Below, in pieces: positions 61,562 through 64,000 of a DNA stretch of 64,000 bases. Under the pieces are notes generated by a model. That model was not told the DNA's origin. It was given only the letters and a program-made list of their open reading frames with translations, and did not search any database. This DNA comes from an uncultured Desulfobacter sp. (lineage in GTDB: Bacteria > Desulfobacterota > Desulfobacteria > Desulfobacterales > Desulfobacteraceae). The position numbers and the translations under genes were made by a program. Each line of letters begins with the position of its first letter. The first letter of the stretch is position 1. The DNA lies in the NCBI GenBank assembly GCA_963665095.1, contig OY762069.1, positions 6,688,001 to 6,752,000 of the forward strand, written 5' to 3'.

Positions 61562-62511
61562 TTATTACCTGCCCGAAATGTGCCAGAAAACACAAAGTGA
61601 ATCCTGAAAATATCAAACAGTTTGCAGAAGCCGGTAAAAAGAATCTTCTGGCCACCTGCAAATCCTGCAAATTTAAATTCCCCGTTGCCATTGCCACGCT
61701 GCTTTCCCCTGAAGATATAGTCCCTAAGGTTGAGCGTCGTGACGGACCGGAGGCCAGAAAAATTTGTATTACCCTGAGCAAGGGCGGGGTGGGAAAGACC
61801 ACCACCAGCGTAAATCTTGGTGCCGGCCTCGCTCTGGCAGGATACAAGGTCCTTCTGGTGGATACCGATACCCAGGGCCAGTCGTCCTACATTCTGGGTA
61901 AACGGCCTGGTGCAGGACTTACTGAACTTTTAACTAAAGAACTGCCGGTAGAGGATTGCCTGACCGAAGCCCGGAATAATCTGTGGATACTGTCCGGCGG
62001 TAAATCCCTGGCCGGGGTTAAGCGGATTATTGACAGAAAAAGTTTTGGTGCCGAGTTTACCCTTTCCGAGGCGTTGAGCCCTCTGGACAGTCAGTTTGAT
62101 TATATTTTGATTGACACCTCTCCCGGCTGGGATCAGCTTATTGTCAATGTACTTTTTTATGCCAGGGAGGTTCTGGTGCCTGTGGCCCTGGAGGTCATGC
62201 CCCTGCACGGCCTTTCCGAATTTATCAAAAGCCTTGGGGCTATTCAGAAATACAGAAATGAAATTGCACTGAAATATATTGTGCCCACCTTTCTGGATAT
62301 GCGTATTAAAGGACCTCAGTCGCTCTATGATCAGCTGAAAAAATTATATCCCCAGCATTTGTGCACCCCGATTCGTTATAATGAGAGCCTTGCGGAGGCG
62401 CCTTCTTTCGGGAAAACCATTTTTGAGTTTGCCCCGGGTTCAACTGCATCGGAAGATTATCGGAACCTGGTCCGCAAAGTATCAGGTAATGACGCAGCGC
62501 TTCGAAAATAA
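61558..62511 (+). CDS. ParA/Soj-family ATPase with N-terminal Zn-ribbon (MJ0042-finger-like)
   Basis: MIITCPKC...CKSCKFKF; deviant Walker A KGGVGKTT, LVDTDTQG, ILIDTSP, LAEAPSFG. Confidence 0.88.
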   Translation: MIITCPKCARKHKVNPENIKQFAEAGKKNLLATCKSCKFKFPVAIATLLSPEDIVPKVERRDGPEARKICITLSKGGVGKTTTSVNLGAGLALAGYKVLLVDTDTQGQSSYILGKRPGAGLTELLTKELPVEDCLTEARNNLWILSGGKSLAGVKRIIDRKSFGAEFTLSEALSPLDSQFDYILIDTSPGWDQLIVNVLFYAREVLVPVALEVMPLHGLSEFIKSLGAIQKYRNEIALKYIVPTFLDMRIKGPQSLYDQLKKLYPQHLCTPIRYNESLAEAPSFGKTIFEFAPGSTASEDYRNLVRKVSGNDAALRK

Positions 62512-62719
62512 CAGCCATGGATTTTTTTGGGGCTTTTTCCCTTAAGGCCAAGGACTGCCTCGTAAAAAAGCAGGAAAAGAGAATTAACCGGTAATTGCTT
62601 CTTTCAGATTAATATATATACCAGCCAATTAACCGGTCAAATGATGCATTCAATGGATGTTGCCGGGGTGGATCAGTGGTATCAGAGATAACCAGTCAAG
62701 GCTCTTTCAGGAAACTCAA

Positions 62720-64000
62720 ATGGGATTACGGACCCGTATCATTGCAGTAGTTGTCATTTCTTCCAGTATTATCAATTTGTTTCTGTGTTTTTATATTACC
62801 GATCAGGTCAGGAAACTTGAATTTAAAAGCCTGCAGGCAAAGATAGACAAAGCCGCCTATGTCATGCGTATTGTTAATACGCTTCCTCTTTATAATGTGG
62901 ATGTTGAAATTCTTAAGATGAATATGGAGACCTTTTTTGATGACGAAAATATGAAAAGCATTGCGATCCAGGATTCAGATATTGATATTAATATTCATCT
63001 GGAAAGAGAATTCGCTGAGGGCGGAACCGACATCAAAAGAAGTTTTTTTATTGATTATAACGGGTTGAAACTGGGTAAATTGTCCATAGTTTACTCCACC
63101 AGCCTTATTGAAAAGAAATTGACCGGGTTCAGGACACGAATGCTCTGGTTTACTTTCACCGCGATTCTTGTCATGGCCGGTGTTCTTGTTTTTCTGATTA
63201 ATGCTGTGATTAAACCTGTCACACGACTGGCCAATGCTGCCAGTGAAATCGCCGCAGGGAATTTAGATAAAGAAATTACTGAAACCGGTGTCGGGGAGGT
63301 CGGAACGCTGTCTCGTAATTTTGCGTCTATGAGAGATGCAGTTAAAGAAAAAATCGAGGACCTGGCCCATACAAATAAAGTGCTTGAAGAAGAGGTCCGC
63401 CACAAAAATTTGCAGGAAAAGAAGATTCTTCACCAGAGCATGGTGATTTCATCTGTGAATACATTTTTTCAACACTCTATGACAGCTCGGTCTATCCGGG
63501 AAATTGCCCGATTGTTCATTCCAGTGGCCCAGGCTGTGGTGCCTGGGCCTTATTGTTTTGTTGGCGTGATCTGTGAAATGGATAACTATCTTGATATTCT
63601 TGCCCTTTCCCGGGAGGCGGAAGATCAGTGCCCCATAATAAACCCGTGCTATTCCGGACAGGGCCTGCGGCAGCATATTTCCGGCAGACTGGTTAAGGCA
63701 ATGACTGACAAAACGCCTGTGATTTCCAATAAGGTTCCCAATGATCCTGATTTTTTCCTGGTCCCGGAAAATCATCTTCCCATAGACTCCATTATGGTAG
63801 TTCCCTTGCTGCACGGGCCGGATGTCCTTGGTCTGATTGCGTTTGCAGGTAAGAAAGAGGGGTATACATCCCAGGATCTGGATGCCGCCCAGACCATGGG
63901 CACAGCCCTGGTTGAGGCCTTAAGTCTGAGAACACAGCAGGATGAGAAAAGGCGCCTGGAAGAGATGGTTGTTCAGACAGAAAAAATGGTTTCTGTGGGA
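62720..64000 (+). CDS. Membrane sensor histidine kinase (TM-periplasmic-TM-HAMP-GAF), 3'-truncated; absent from ORF track
   Basis: Open frame from ATG 62720 (MGLRTRIIAVVVIS...) to window end. HAMP IKPVTRLANAASEIAAGNL...EVGTLSRNFASM. GAF-like SIMVVPLLHGPDVLGLI. Ends QTEKMVSVG (HisKA entry). Confidence 0.85.
   Translation, partial: MGLRTRIIAVVVISSSIINLFLCFYITDQVRKLEFKSLQAKIDKAAYVMRIVNTLPLYNVDVEILKMNMETFFDDENMKSIAIQDSDIDINIHLEREFAEGGTDIKRSFFIDYNGLKLGKLSIVYSTSLIEKKLTGFRTRMLWFTFTAILVMAGVLVFLINAVIKPVTRLANAASEIAAGNLDKEITETGVGEVGTLSRNFASMRDAVKEKIEDLAHTNKVLEEEVRHKNLQEKKILHQSMVISSVNTFFQHSMTARSIREIARLFIPVAQAVVPGPYCFVGVICEMDNYLDILALSREAEDQCPIINPCYSGQGLRQHISGRLVKAMTDKTPVISNKVPNDPDFFLVPENHLPIDSIMVVPLLHGPDVLGLIAFAGKKEGYTSQDLDAAQTMGTALVEALSLRTQQDEKRRLEEMVVQTEKMVSVG

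Overview
A 64 kb chromosomal segment of a sulfate-reducing deltaproteobacterium; the dsrMKJOP operon, Sec-type selD, split F0 atp operon and Desulfovibrio-type adk suggest Desulfobacteraceae (inferred). Core genes include dsrMKJOP, ppk2, folC, rpsU, adk, eno, pyrG, a class II DAHP synthase, rfaE2, pgeF, selD (with an in-frame UGA missed by the ORF track), atpZ/I/B/E and tRNA-Arg(CCG). Accessory modules are: a GNAT / RimK-type ATP-grasp / QueC-like PP-loop operon; an FGE-domain gene coupled to an MFS(NTT)-HEAT-cNMP gene; a crt-hbd pair with a MerR regulator; a GshB-like ligase with a peptide ABC transporter; an orphan protein with three Zn-ribbon repeats and hydrophobic helices; two orphan radical SAM proteins; a decayed IS66 with neighbouring gene fragments; and a PilZ / small protein / Zn-ribbon-ParA cluster. 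The most notable find is an unannotated Phe-rich leader peptide (47812-47898) with antiterminator and terminator. It looks like a Phe-sensing attenuator in front of a Liv-type ABC operon whose last gene is a PaaK homologue with degenerate catalytic motifs. All calls are by eye; no database searches or folding programs were run.
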